A stretch of 64,000 nt of DNA from Octopus sinensis (taxonomy: Eukaryota): assembly GCF_006345805.1 (NCBI RefSeq), contig NC_043007.1, forward strand, positions 30,628,001 to 30,692,000, in the 5' to 3' direction. Position 1 is the stretch's first letter, and each line of letters begins with the position of its first letter. Below, piece after piece: positions 25,861-40,094 of the stretch. Under the pieces are notes generated by a model. That model did no database searches. It saw nothing but the letters and a program-made list of their open reading frames with translations, and was not told the origin of the DNA. Both the position numbers and the translations under genes were made by a program.

Positions 25861-26620
25861 GCTGCGGTGAATAAACTGTCGCCTAAATAACACAAAAATG
25901 AAACTAACACTGACATCTCGCTTTAGCAGATTATATTTACCAAAATTACATTAAAATATCTTGAAATACAAAAGAGTAAATTGTTCAATAAAATCGCCAT
26001 TGGCTTCAACCACGGACTCCAGACGACTTTGGAATTTCCTGCAACTCTTTTGGGGAGTTTCCTTGTTTAAGTTGGTGAATGCTGCCATAATCTTTGTCTT
26101 CAGTTCATCTTTGGTGTTACAGGGAATTTTGCTGGTCTCTTGCTCAACTGTGCCCCACACATAATAATAAAGGGGGTTGCAGCTTGGGGAGTTGGGTGGC
26201 AAGATGTTAGGGGCGATATGGTTGCTGAAATTTTCTGACAGCCACGACATGCTTGTGTGGCATGGTGCAGAGTCCTGTTGCCTGACATAGGGTGTTCCAG
26301 CAGCCACCCTCTTGATCCAAGGCATCACTACCTCCTCCATGCACTTGATGTAGGCCTCCGTATTGAGTGTGAGGCCGTATGAGAAAATGAATGGGAGCAT
26401 AACGTCGCCATCACTGGTGATCACTCCAAACACCATGATGTTGACCAGATTGCACTGTCCTCAGATTGACACCCAAACACTTTGAAATGTTCGTATTGGA
26501 GCTTCCGGCACAAATGCCAAGCAGTACAGCATGTCGTTTCCAAATTTCTGGCAGAGTGAACTGCATCATGGTGCTGTTTTTCTTACAGATGGTGCCCAAC
26601 TGACCCTACTATACTGTGCA
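25861..26620 (-). mobile_element. Tc1/mariner maT-type (DD37D-like) transposon remnant with internal deletion
   Basis: MVFGVITSDGDVM..QQDSAPCHTS..PPNSPSCNPLYYYVWG..VEANGDFIE; N-terminus MMQFTLPEIWKRHAVLLG fused at about 26445; spacing 34 aa, or 37 if a 3-codon deletion relative to the recalled consensus is assumed. Confidence 0.82.
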
Positions 26621-26881
26621 GTCGACAAAATCAAAAGCAAACCATGCCCATGTGCTGTTTCTAGGATATCCCACATGGATATATGCAGGATTGCATCTAA
26701 GGTTTCACGCTCATGGGTCTACGCACGATTGCACCTAAGGACTCTATAACTTCGGAAAGTTGAACTATGAACTTGTATGCTTCTTTTTTCTTTTTCTTCT
26801 TTCTTTCCATCTTCTTATTCTTTTCTCTCTTCCTCTATGTCGTCACCTCATTAATATATACCATTCTCATTTTCCCTATTT

Positions 26882-26920
26882 GTCTCTGATGACGGAATAT
26901 CCCAGAAACAGCTGTAAGAC
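26882..26920 (+). ncRNA. Minimal type I hammerhead ribozyme motif
   Basis: GTCT-CTGATGA-(CGGAATATCCCA)-GAAA-CAGCTG-TA-AGAC: stem I GTCT/AGAC, intact core, palindromic stem III; stem II closing pair mismatched. Confidence 0.7.
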
Positions 26921-26995
26921 TTTGAATTTTTTTCGATACTAATAATGTACACGATTTGAGATGTTTGCCTCGCCTTAATGTTTGCTGTCCTCTTT

Positions 26996-27097
<102 letters not shown>

Positions 27098-27359
27098 TTC
27101 ATATGTGTGCGTGTGGGTGTGTGACAAAAATTATATTGAACTGTTGTATTTGTAATTAATTATAAATTTTGCTTCATTATGTCAATTACGGCGACAATAA
27201 CTTAATTATTCTGATATATAATCAGTGCGGCTGACAGAGAATAATTGGCGTGAACGCTGACCGAGAGACTTGTCGGAATCGTCGTTGTTCTGCTCTGAGA
27301 TTAATTATTGTTTGATGTTATATTCATTTTGGGGATTCCTTTCCCTTCGACGTTAAAGA

Positions 27360-27800
27360 GTTCCGTAGGCAACTATTTGGCTGCGGGTTCAATCCCACTA
27401 TACGGCACCACGAGCAAGTGTCTTCAAACACTAACCCTAACCCTAATACAACATCAGGTCGAACAATGATACTTTCTGAGTAAATTTAGTAGGTGGAAAC
27501 TGTGTGGAAGCCTGCCTTATATGTGTGTGTCTTTGTACCTGTTTGCCCCACTCCTAGCGCTTGACAACCGGTGTTGGTTTGTTTATTACTCCGTAATTTA
27601 GCGGAAAAAGAAATCGTTGAAAAGTGCTAGACTTTAAAATATAAGATAAAATAAAAGACATAAATAATGAAGTCGATCTGTTTGACTAAAACCCTTCAGA
27701 GCGGGTGACGACGGTCCAAAACCTAAAACAAGCTTCGACCTATGTCACTGTGTCCATGCTGGAGCATTACAATCAATCGTTTTATTTAATCAAATCACAC
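27360..27800 (+). mobile_element. SINE family A, degenerate
   Basis: GGGTTCAATCCCACT..GCAAGTGTCTTC..GCTTGACAACCGGTGTTGG. Confidence 0.7.
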
Positions 27801-28244
27801 CTGTTACTTATTTTCGTCTGCAACTGGTAAGATAGGAAATTGTCTTCCGTCGGGGAATTCTATTCCACTACGGAGCAGGGTTCAGCACAGATTTAGCTCA
27901 TTAAATTCTACAAGCAAAGCATAGGTCAACTTTAGGGATCATAGATCTGACATATGATGAGGTAGAAGGGCATCGATCAAGATTTTGCAGAATGATGAAT
28001 TCTCCATAAACCACCGCGATAAATGTGGTATATGAAAGAACTTTCTCAAGAATTCTCGGTCATTTCGATGGCCCCATTGACCATTGCCTGTTGCCTGCTG
28101 TAGCCTCTGACTGCGCCATCTGGCGACACACCAACAGTGTTTCGCTCATTCAAAAACACGTTCAGGACTGGCATTAACGGACAAAGACAGATTGAGGACA
28201 TGGCGCTGTAGGTTACTAAATCGGACAAAGTTCTTCTTTGGCAG

Positions 28245-28263
28245 CCATATATATATAATATAT

Positions 28264-28304
<41 letters not shown>

Positions 28305-28320
28305 TATATATATATATTAC

Positions 28321-28362
<42 letters not shown>

Positions 28363-28381
28363 AATATAGATATATATATAT

Positions 28382-28453
<72 letters not shown>

Positions 28454-28480
28454 TAATTATATATATATATATATATATAT
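28245..28480. repeat. (TA)n array
   Basis: Direct reading. Confidence 0.95.
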
Positions 28481-28481
28481 C

Positions 28482-28860
28482 TTATCTTTTACTTGTGTCA
28501 GTCACTGGGCTGTGGCCATGCTGGGACACGGCCTGAAAGACCTTGGTCAAATGAATTGACCCTAGTACTCACTTAATTTTTAAGCCTGGCGCGTATTCTA
28601 TTGGTATCTTTTCCCGATCCGCTAGGTTACGGGAAATGTAAACAAACCAACACCGTTTGCAAAAATCAATGACACACAGACAGACACATGCACACTCACC
28701 CACTTTCAGTTTCTGTCAACGAAACCCTCTTACAAGGTTTTATTTGGCCCGTGGCTATAGAACAAGACACACGTCCGAGGTGCAACGCAGTCGGACTCCA
28801 TCCGCTGCCGCATGGTGCTGAAGTGAATTTTTTACCACGCAGTCATGCTTGCGCCTACAA
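28482..28860 (-). mobile_element. SINE family A, degenerate
   Basis: Reverse-complement homology to 3641-4040. Confidence 0.75.
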
Positions 28861-29096
28861 GACACATATACGTCTATATCATGTCATATAATACCATATT
28901 ATATGATATGTTATACATATAGTCGCGTTGAGAAAGAGATGTGGGTTCGACTCCCACGCGGATGGGAAAGCCTTCTTTTTACTGTCGAGGGCTTATATGC
29001 CCCTTTATTTGACTATTTTCCTTAGTCATTGCACGGTGATCGCCATAAGCTTTAAGTTTATATATATATATATACATACAACACACACACACACAC

Positions 29097-29193
<97 letters not shown>

Positions 29194-30248
29194 AAAGACA
29201 AGACAGGAAGACAGACAAATATGTACACACTCAAATACACGTGTGTGGAGGGGGTGGCGATGGGGCGAGTATCTGTTTAAATGTGTAAAAATGAATGATT
29301 TTATAAGATTCCAATTTTCTGGGTTATTAAACATGTCTTTTCAACATTTGCAACAAATTAGTTTCGTAAATAATGGACACAGACATGTCTGTGGAGTTAA
29401 GAGGTCCACTTTGTAACTGTGTGGTTTGAGGTTCGAATCAAATCTCAGCACGTTTTTGAAAAAAATAATGATTTTAATCTAGCTTCGGGTCGATACAAAG
29501 TTTGTGAATGAAATATCTTGGATAGGGGTCGTATGAAACCCCTTAGAGGAACCGATTTATATCTTTGTTTCTATCCATAATCTGGTTTAATCCTTTTATC
29601 TTGTCCTTTCGTGTCCTTTGTGAAATCCATTCCACTCTACTGTAATCCCACGAGTCCTTTTTTTTTCGATATGTGTATACTTATTGTATTCCTCCTATCG
29701 GGGACCTTGGAAAGGTTTATGTCTGCTACGTCGTCCCCCTTCACTACCTCCAAAAAGTGAGACGGTCCGTCAAGAGACTGCCTCCCTCATTTTTACCTCA
29801 TATCACTGATATAGAAAGAATAATGTTACATTCTTATTTAACCCACATCAAAGATTATAATACTTGAAATTTATATCACTCGTTCTAATTTATGCTGTGT
29901 TAAGTACAAAAATATATATTAATTAATTAACAAAGAGATTTCGGAGGCGCATATATGCAAATTAGACTATCCACTTCGGTGCCAGTCTAATTTGGGACAG
30001 TTTTATAAACAACTGGTTCATGGCAATGAATGAAGAAAAGAAAGCCAGGTATAACGTCCTTGAGGATCAGTCAACGATCTGTGAGATGCTCCGTCAAGAA
30101 ACATCTACTTTCTCGGTTCCGCGCATCAATAATATAGAAATGTGTCTGCATTTTATTTATCGAATGAGGCATACTTCCATTAAAATTTATCTCATTTCTT
30201 CTAATTTACAGTGTCTTTTGCATACATACACATATACTTACATACACG

Positions 30249-30269
<21 letters not shown>

Positions 30270-30306
<37 letters not shown>

Positions 30307-30609
30307 ATAGATAATGATAGATAGATAGATAGATAGATATGATATGTGAATGGTGTGTACATATACTTACTCCCAAATACATACAACATTGCTAAAACAT
30401 TATCTTTACGTTCAGCAAGATGTGCAATCTGTATGCAACTACACACATGCTAAAACACACACACACACACATTATATATATAGATAGATAGATACACAGG
30501 TGTATGTGTATGTGCTCTTTCACGCACATACGCACCCATATATATATTGACGTATACGCAAGCGCAGTACACAAGCCTATATGTACATGTGTGTGTGTAA
30601 ATGTACACT

Positions 30610-30644
<35 letters not shown>

Positions 30645-30701
30645 ATAAATATATATGTAGGTATATATATAATATATATATATATATATTAATATATATA
30701 T

Positions 30702-30734
<33 letters not shown>

Positions 30735-30735
30735 T

Positions 30736-30780
<45 letters not shown>

Positions 30781-30848
30781 ATATATAATATATATATTTG
30801 TAATATATATATATATATATATATAATATACATATATTATATATATTG

Positions 30849-30947
<99 letters not shown>

Positions 30948-30970
30948 TATATATATATATGTATATACGT
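30270..30970. repeat. (TA)n/(AGAT)n/(GT)n compound microsatellite
   Basis: Direct reading. Confidence 0.9.
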
Positions 30971-31289
30971 GCATGTATACATGTACACATGCGCAAAAGA
31001 TGGAGATGCTTCCATAAAACCCCACAGCTGTCGTTGTCACCAGCATCTGGAAGACTTCTTTGGCGCCAGTTTCCCTCTTTAATCGTTATCAATCTAATGC
31101 TCAAGATGGCGGCCAAATAAAAGTGAAGTCTCTCAGTTGTCGTGTCAAAGGAAGCTGTCTCTACAGCAGGCTCACACAAACACACAGCCGCACTCATATT
31201 AGTGTGCAGCATCGCCGCTACACAACTGCACTCACACACTTACACGTACACGTAATCTACATACGTCTAAATGCATGCAAGTATGCATG

Positions 31290-31320
<31 letters not shown>

Positions 31321-31377
31321 GTGTGTGTGGTGTGTGTACGTATGTATGTATGTATGCATGTAGCGTGGATATATGTA

Positions 31378-31477
31378 NNNNNNNNNNNNNNNNNNNNNNN
31401 NNNNNNNNNNNNNNNNNNNNNNNNNNNNNNNNNNNNNNNNNNNNNNNNNNNNNNNNNNNNNNNNNNNNNNNNNNNNN
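31378..31477. other. Assembly gap (100 N)
   Basis: Run of exactly 100 N, typical placeholder for a gap of unknown size. Confidence 0.98.
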
Positions 31478-31810
31478 TAGCCATATTTTAATGAAATTTT
31501 GCAGAATGGTTTCCAAACGTATAGATTCTGATCAGGTTGATCAAATTTGAAAAGATTTTAACAAATATTTATTGCAAATATACAAAAGAGAATTTTGCTT
31601 CATTTTATTTTGAGGCAATAAGTATTTTTGTTTCGAAAATTTTGTCATTTTGAAGTTCGTCATTTTGAATAGGCATCAAAAATTTTGGTAAATTATAGTT
31701 ATTGTATCTATGCCATTTTCCCCCCATATTACCCGTTGGTAGTAAAAATATACCTCCAATGTGACCCGTATCACTCGAATGTTTATGTGTATGTGTGTGT
31801 GTGTGTGTGT

Positions 31811-31843
<33 letters not shown>

Positions 31844-32229
31844 TCGAAAGTTACACTCACGCATAAATCAGGTATTGTTTCTTTTTCTGCTTTTTTTTTC
31901 TTGCTTTTTTTCTTTCTTACTCAGCTTTAATAAAGGTTCACCCGAAACGTCAGCCTAAACCCCTTCGTCCCGTTTTTCCACGCCCGCATTCAACTTACTC
32001 AACGAATTGAAAAGCTGGAAGTTTCTTTGATATTAATATGGAAGCCATGAAACATAGGACAACCGCCGGCACCGGGGTTACCGACCGTTTCTAGAATTAA
32101 GCAATTTTGGCTTATTTCACTTACTTTTGCTCCTTCCTGATAAACAGGTAAGCAGTGCCATTCCTAGGATGAGGGGTGTCTCACCCATTAGAAACACCGC
32201 TTACTCTCTTCTTTAGCATACTTTGGAAG

Positions 32230-32287
32230 AGAATCGACTAATAGCATGCATACATACATACATACATACATGCATGCATACATACAT

Positions 32288-32320
<33 letters not shown>

Positions 32321-32507
32321 TACATACACATACATACATGCATGCATACATACACACACACATACATACATACATACATACATACATACATACATACATA
32401 CATACACACATACATACATATATACATACATACACACATACATACACATACATACATACATACATACATACATACATACATACATACATACATACATACA
32501 TACATAC
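32230..32507. repeat. (ATAC)n microsatellite
   Basis: Direct reading. Confidence 0.95.
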
Positions 32508-32583
32508 AAGGAGCCTTGGATCTAGGTTAGAAACCGTCTCTTACTCTTTTGGTAAGAAATCTTGAAATAAAGCTGATTAATGA
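32508..32583 (+). mobile_element. Short element embedded in (ATAC)n
   Basis: GGAGCCTTGGATCTAGGTTAGAAACCG...AAGAAATCT matches reverse complement of 57270-57335. Confidence 0.65.
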
Positions 32584-34099
32584 CATACATACATAGAATA
32601 ATAGATAGGTATATACTAAATAGATTTCACTGCTGCGGACCCGGGTGTGACTGTAGACCAAAAGAGGGATCACCATATCCGGTTGCAGACGGCTCCTGTC
32701 GGTTCTTTGCGGGTCTCCTGGCGCTTCTTTGTCCGTTCCCGTTTCTCGTTGAGAATTTCACAACAATGACAGCGGAATCCGTTTAGAAATAAGCAGAGTT
32801 GCATTTCCAGCCTATCAAACACATTTTGATACTCTACTTTTAGTATTGAGTATTTTCTTGTTTACACTGGACCCTTTGTCTCCAAGTGCTTGCTCCAAGT
32901 GTGTGCGTGCGTGTGTGTGTATGAGAGAGAGAGGGGGGAGAGACCGATTACATAATCGTTTAAATAATTAAGCAATTGACAAATGATAATAAAGAATAAA
33001 GAAGTCAAACCGAACCAGTGCGTGTGTTCATTATTAGGACAGTGACCCTCCCGAAGTACAAATTATGTTTCAATACACGAGATCACATCAAGTACCTTGT
33101 AAACTATATACAAAACCAAAATTATGTTTTATTTGTCCCTCTTTAATTAACAATTTATTAATTACTGATTTCTTCATAAACCCTTCAGTGATTTTTTTTT
33201 TTTCGTAATTTGTTTTGCTTCCGCCACCGAAATCTTGTCTGGTCAAACAAGTTATTCTTATAATGATTCTGGTAATTATTGATATCGTGATTGTTACTGT
33301 TCTTGGTGGTGGTGGTGATGGCGGCGGCGGTGGTGGAGGCGGCGGCGGTGGTGGAGGCGGCGGCGGTGGTGGAGGCGGCGGCGGTGGCTGTGCTGCTGCT
33401 GCTGCTGTTGTTGCCATTACTATAAAGGAATTTGTTTATATAACCCTGAGTTCGGTGCCCGGTGTACACTGCATTTTCAAAGTGTTGCGTGTCTCATAAA
33501 TATGTCAGTTTTTCTCATACAAAACATGTTTACCTAACACTGTTGTACATTTCAAGAGAGTGCTGCATTATACATACACACGTATATATATACATATATA
33601 CTTTAAAATATACATACATATGCCTATACTGTGCGCATACACGCAAATATATATATATGTGTGTGCGTGTGTAAACCCCCGCGCACACATACACACACAC
33701 AGACATACAAGTATCTATATGTATATGTGTGTTTATATATGTGTGTATGTTTCATTTCGTTCGCGTGTTCGCTGCCATTTTGTACCCCGGAGACATGAGC
33801 TGTCAAATGATGTTATTGACAAACTCTTCATATAAACACACGCCGATACCCAGGTTGAAGTGCTTTACCTCCGTACCGGGGTATGCCTCTAACAAGGTGT
33901 AACAAGATTGCCTATCTTCCCCGAAAGCATACATTCCACAGCCGTAATTTAACCACATGGCCACCGATAAATAGTTTTATTACTTGCAACGCACTGTGTA
34001 CTATTAAAAAGTAAACTAGTTTTTCACAAACCACAAACAAACGTACATATCTCCTCAGCTATCTACGAAAATACTAGTCGACCTGGCTGTCTACTTACC

Positions 34100-34143
<44 letters not shown>

Positions 34144-34224
34144 CTCTCTCTCTTTCTCTCTCTCTCTCTCATTCTCTCTCATTCTCTTTCTTCTCTTTCT
34201 CTCTCTTTTTCTTTCTCTTTCCCC

Positions 34225-34263
<39 letters not shown>

Positions 34264-34335
34264 TCGCTACTATATATATAATATTCACATCTATCTTTCT
34301 GTTCTCTATCTCCCAGTCTTTTTATACATCATACA

Positions 34336-34371
<36 letters not shown>

Positions 34372-34574
34372 TATATTATATATGTATATATATTATGTTA
34401 TATATATATATGTAATTATATATTATGTATATATAATATTAATATATATATATATGTATATATATTATATATATATATATTACTATAATTAAAATATATA
34501 TATATATAATATATATATATATATATAATTGTGCTAGAGTGAGCCATATAGTGACCACTCTCTTATATTTATTT

Positions 34575-34605
<31 letters not shown>

Positions 34606-34618
34606 TAATATATATATA

Positions 34619-34650
<32 letters not shown>

Positions 34651-34747
34651 GAATATATATTATATCTGTCTATCTACCTATATAATTATACCAATCTAAT
34701 TATATATATATACATATATATATATAAAGACACACACACACACACAT

Positions 34748-34804
<57 letters not shown>

Positions 34805-34850
34805 TATTAAGGACACACATATACATAAATATACATATGTGTAATATATA
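34100..34850. repeat. (CT)n/(ATAC)n/(TA)n compound microsatellite
   Basis: Direct reading. Confidence 0.9.
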
Positions 34851-35344
34851 TAATGTGTGTGGTGTGTGTGTATACGTACATACATATATGAATAGATAAA
34901 CAGATGTGCAGATGAATACTTGCATATACAGACAAATGTGTGTATATATGAGCATATAAGTATGTAGATATTTCTTTCTTACTTTTTCTTTGTTTTTTTT
35001 GTCAATTCTTTGAATTCTTCAAATAAAGGAGGGACTGGTTTCTGCGATACAAAGCTAGAACGCAGGAATTTAGATAACAACACTCTGTACATGTCTATGC
35101 GTGTAAATATACATCAGTATGTACGTGTGCACATGCGTCTGTCAATATGCATATACAAATACATATACATACATACATATATATATACGTATGTATGTAT
35201 GTACGTATGTATGTATGTATGCATGTATGTATATATGCGCACATATGTACATTCTGGCACAAATGTAGATCTGCATCTACATATAGTGATGGTTGAGGGA
35301 TGGTGAACACAGACACACAAATACAAAGACACACGCACATATAT

Positions 35345-35505
35345 GATGGGCTTCTTTCAGTTTCCATCTGCCAAATCTACTAACAAGGCTTTGGTCGGTC
35401 CAAGACTATAGTAGAAGACACTTGCCGAAGGTGCCGCGCAGTGACACTGAACCCGGGACCATGTGGTTGAAAAACAAGCTTCTTACTACACAGCCATTCC
35501 TATGC
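35345..35505 (-). mobile_element. SINE family A 5' half
   Basis: Reverse complement of tRNA-like head and CACCTTCGGCAAGTGTCTTC core. Confidence 0.85.
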
Positions 35506-35538
35506 CTATACATACACACACACACACGCACACACACG

Positions 35539-35573
<35 letters not shown>

Positions 35574-36533
35574 GTATACATACGCACAGATATATACATA
35601 TATAAATATATACTTGTATGCGTATTTGTGGCACAGTTTTTGTCTCTTACGTACCATTCACATGTCATTAGAGTACCTGATGCAATGATGAAAGATTCTT
35701 GTCCGATACGTCGCGTTCTGTGATCCATTCAAAACTACATTCTTACAGAGCGAGGTTCTGAACAGTTTCCACCCAAATATCTACACAAATGAATGTGTGT
35801 GTGTGTGTGTGTGTGTGTTTGTTTGTGTGTGTGTGTGTGTGTGTGTATGTGTGTGTGTGTGTGTGTGTCTTCATGTTTAGCCTTGTCTAAAATCCAGCGC
35901 CCTATTCATGGGATGTCATATTCTAGCCAATCTGTAACTTAGCAGTTCGCCAAATTGTCTACTACATATTATGCTCCAGTGTGAATGACCAACGGTTGGA
36001 TAGGATTCGATTGCCTGCTAAAGAGGTTGTGCCCCGGGAGGGCTGCATTCTAATGACTGAAATAAGAAAAAGAATAAACTTACAAACAAACAAATATATT
36101 CCAGGTTCTGAGAAGTTTGTAGAACTTTCAGAACTCCCGGAGAATGTTGTTGGCGTTGGCAGATAATTCCGTCTGCTTCCCAGTGATCCTTTGCTTGTCG
36201 TGACCCTTATAAACCAGATTAGGGTTACTTTTATCATTCACTTCCGTCTTATCTGATCAGCTGCTGCCATATGTGTGTGTATGTGAGTGTGAGTGTGTGT
36301 ATGCATGTATGTATGTTTCTATGTATGTATGTATGTATGTACGTATGTGAATGTTATGTTTGCATGTTTCTATACGCGTGAATGTGTTTTTGTGATTAAG
36401 TGTGTGTGTGTGCGTGTATGTGTGTGTGTGTGTGCTTGATATTTATGTACGTTTTGTACTCTGTGTGTATGTCTGTTTCCTTATCTACCCATATACTTAT
36501 ATATGTATGTATACATATATATTTGTACACACT

Positions 36534-36592
<59 letters not shown>

Positions 36593-36689
36593 AGTATGGT
36601 AGATGAGTTCAGCAAAAATTTAGATTCAGATGAATATGGTACTTAAGTTGAGGCACCAGAATTCACCCACCCACACACATGTGCATATT

Positions 36690-36904
36690 TGAGGGGTTGC
36701 TGAAAAGTTCCTGGCTTTGGCTAAAAGAAAGTACATGAGGATCAGTTAATTGTGATTTTATTTAACATATTCCCCTCTCAGGTTCAGACTTATTGCAGCA
36801 GATTGCAGTGGTTCGTTAGCTTTTCTAAGCCCTGCAAAAGAATGTTTGGTCTCCAGCCAGGCCCTTCCCGATTCCCTTAAAACCAAATACTTTTCAGCAT
36901 CCAT
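36690..36904. mobile_element. Mariner-derived MITE (about 215 bp)
   Basis: Inverted ends GGTTGCTGAAAAGTTCCTGGCTTT / AAACCAAATACTTTTCAGCATCC; internal transposase C-terminal relic RGEYV on the minus strand. Confidence 0.7.
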
Positions 36905-37692
36905 TCAAAGTTCCAGGACGAGTTATGTTTAATAACAAATAACTTATTTACCTAAGGTTTAACATCCTCTTCTTCGAAATAGTCACCTTGTGCAACAATA
37001 GCCCGGTTCCATCTTTCCTGCCACTTTCGGAATCCGGCCTGGAAGTAGTTGTCCATAAGCGAGTCGAGGAACTTCTGCGATTCGCTCTGGATCTTGGTAG
37101 TGGTCTTAAAACTGCGACCTTTGATCTGCCTTTTCATCTTGGGGAAGAGAAGGAGGTCTGCAGGTGTTAACCCTGGCGAATAGAGCAGGTGTGGAAGCGT
37201 CACCATGTTGTTTTTGGTGAGAAACTCACGAGTGAGGAGATCTCAGTGCAAGGGTGCATTGTCGTCTTGAAAAATCCAATTCTTTGCGCTCCACAGATCC
37301 GGTCATTTTTGCCGAATGACTTCCCTCAAACTCTTCAAAACGTTGCAGTGCAACTCTCGACTGACCGTCTGGCCCTGACCCTGAGGGACGAACTCTCGAC
37401 TGACCGTCTGGCCCTGACCCTGAGGGACGAACTCTCGACTGACCGTTTGGCCCTGACCCTGAGGGACGAACTCTCGACTGACCGTCTGGCCCTGACCCTG
37501 AGGGACGAACTCTCGACTGACCGTCTGGCCCTGATCCTGAGGGACGAACTCTCGATACACAACACCGCGGATGTCGAGAAAAACGTTGAGCAGCTCTGTC
37601 GTGACATTTTCGGTCTTGGAGATGAAGGGTTTTTCGGTTGTGACAACTGCAGCTTCGTCTCAGGGTTGTACCCGTAGACCCAATTCCCGTCT
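36905..37692 (-). mobile_element. Mariner (DD34D) transposase remnant, 5'-truncated
   Basis: GNWVYGYNPETK..REFVPQG..QTV..DDNAPLH..HLLYSPGLTPADLLLFPKMK..KG..F..KWQERW..QGDYFE. Confidence 0.88.
37352..37555. repeat. 39-bp tandem repeat x5.2 inside the mariner transposase
   Basis: Unit ACTCTCGACTGACCGTCTGGCCCTGACCCTGAGGGACGA; minus-strand translation (SREFVPQGQGQTV)n. Confidence 0.95.
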
Positions 37693-38179
37693 AGATATTT
37701 GTCAGATTCTGAACTGAAAACTCAAAAAAAAAAAGGACGAAATACCGCTAAGCATTTTGACCGACGCGGAAATGATTCTGCCAGGTCGCCATCTTTGTAT
37801 CAAATTTCTGGCGTAAGACCAGTAATTTTAGGGAGTTGGATTAGGGACTAACATCAACCATGGTCTTTGGCCGGTATTTTATCGCATGAGAAAACACGTG
37901 ACACCAGATTGGTCCTTATCAGCCTGGAATACATTTTGTAAAATATTTTGCCTGAAAAAAAAAAATGGTGAGTAGTAGTTGTAGTAAATCAGTTTTATTT
38001 AATGAAAACTGATCGGTTGAATGAAGAGGAGACATATGGAGTGTTTCACGGCCATCTTGGTTTAATTTAGACTGATAGATCGACAATGAAGAGATAAATA
38101 TATGAATTAAATACGAACTGGGACTATGAACAACAACGACATTATTTGATTATCAGATTTAGGAAGACTTCCAGACACA

Positions 38180-39000
<821 letters not shown>

Positions 39001-39459
39001 AATGGGTCGTAAAGAGACAGAACGAAGAGAGAAAGAGAGAGTGGTTGCCATGTTGAAAATACCAGACATAAATAGACAAACAGGAAACAACTAAGCACAA
39101 GATTGATGGCAATTGTGTGTGTGTGTGTGTGTGTGTGTAGACATGTGTGTGTGTGTGCATACATGTGTGTGTGTGTGTATACATGTGTGTGTGTGTGCAT
39201 AAATGTGTGTGTGTGTGCATAAATGTGTGTGTGTATGCGTGTGTGTAGGCTTGTATGTTTGTATGCATGAATGTATGTACACAGAAATACGTGTGAGATA
39301 AGAGGGGGGGCGGTTTTGTGTATATACTAAGTAATTTATATGCTAATATCAATCAATATAGTTATTTTTTTTAATTCGTGAATATACATACATTCTTACA
39401 CACACACTGATGACGGGATCAACGTGTTCATATATATATATATATGCGCATGTATATAG

Positions 39460-39520
<61 letters not shown>

Positions 39521-40094
39521 TGTGTGTGTGTGTGTGTGTAATCGTTATTAGTGCATCGTCACGTTTTTATGTCCAGAAAATTTATCTCATCAAAGTGATC
39601 CTATATTAATCAAGAGGAGACGAGAAAATAAAGAAATGATGCTGTTGAGGCGTTCATTCGTTATCAAGAGCATCGCAGCATAAACGAAGTCATATTGTCC
39701 CGACATGGAAGCGAAACTGAGACGGCAGGGAAGGGGAACTCCCTATGAGAGTCATTCAGTCTATGTCTGTAGAATTCTTATGGTCCTAACAACAGTGGGT
39801 TAGTCGATTCGGTAGAGCTGCAGCCAAAATGATAGTGTATTGAAAGAATCGGTAGAGCTTCCAACTAAAATATCTTGTGATGCTTGTTTTAGCCTCTTTA
39901 CGTCTTGTCTTGAAATTTGACCAGGATCAGTTTTTATTTTTATTTTCATTTGTCGTTGATCAATCAAATAAGATGCAATTGAAGAACTGGGGTCGATGTC
40001 GTTGACTGTTCGTTCCTCCTAAAATTTCTTGTCCTCTCTTCATATTGACATAAGGACGGAACAAGCTCGGATATGGTCTTGTATTACTTAAAAA

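Noticed and set aside
27431-27447. (CCCTAA)n telomere-like repeat
   Set aside because: Fewer than three units, inside a decayed SINE; expected by chance
28046-28228. ORF containing GVSPDG, reminiscent of a nuclease GASPDG motif
   Set aside because: Only 60 aa, no other family motifs, other frames closed
28941-28957. tRNA T-arm-like hairpin GTGGG-TTCGACT-CCCAC
   Set aside because: No D-arm, anticodon arm or acceptor stem; at most a SINE-head relic, not a tRNA gene
39403-39430. CTGATGA followed by AACG, hammerhead-like
   Set aside because: Stem II and GAAA incomplete; cannot fold. Similar half-motifs near 2370, 13850, 31950 and 62080 also lack a core
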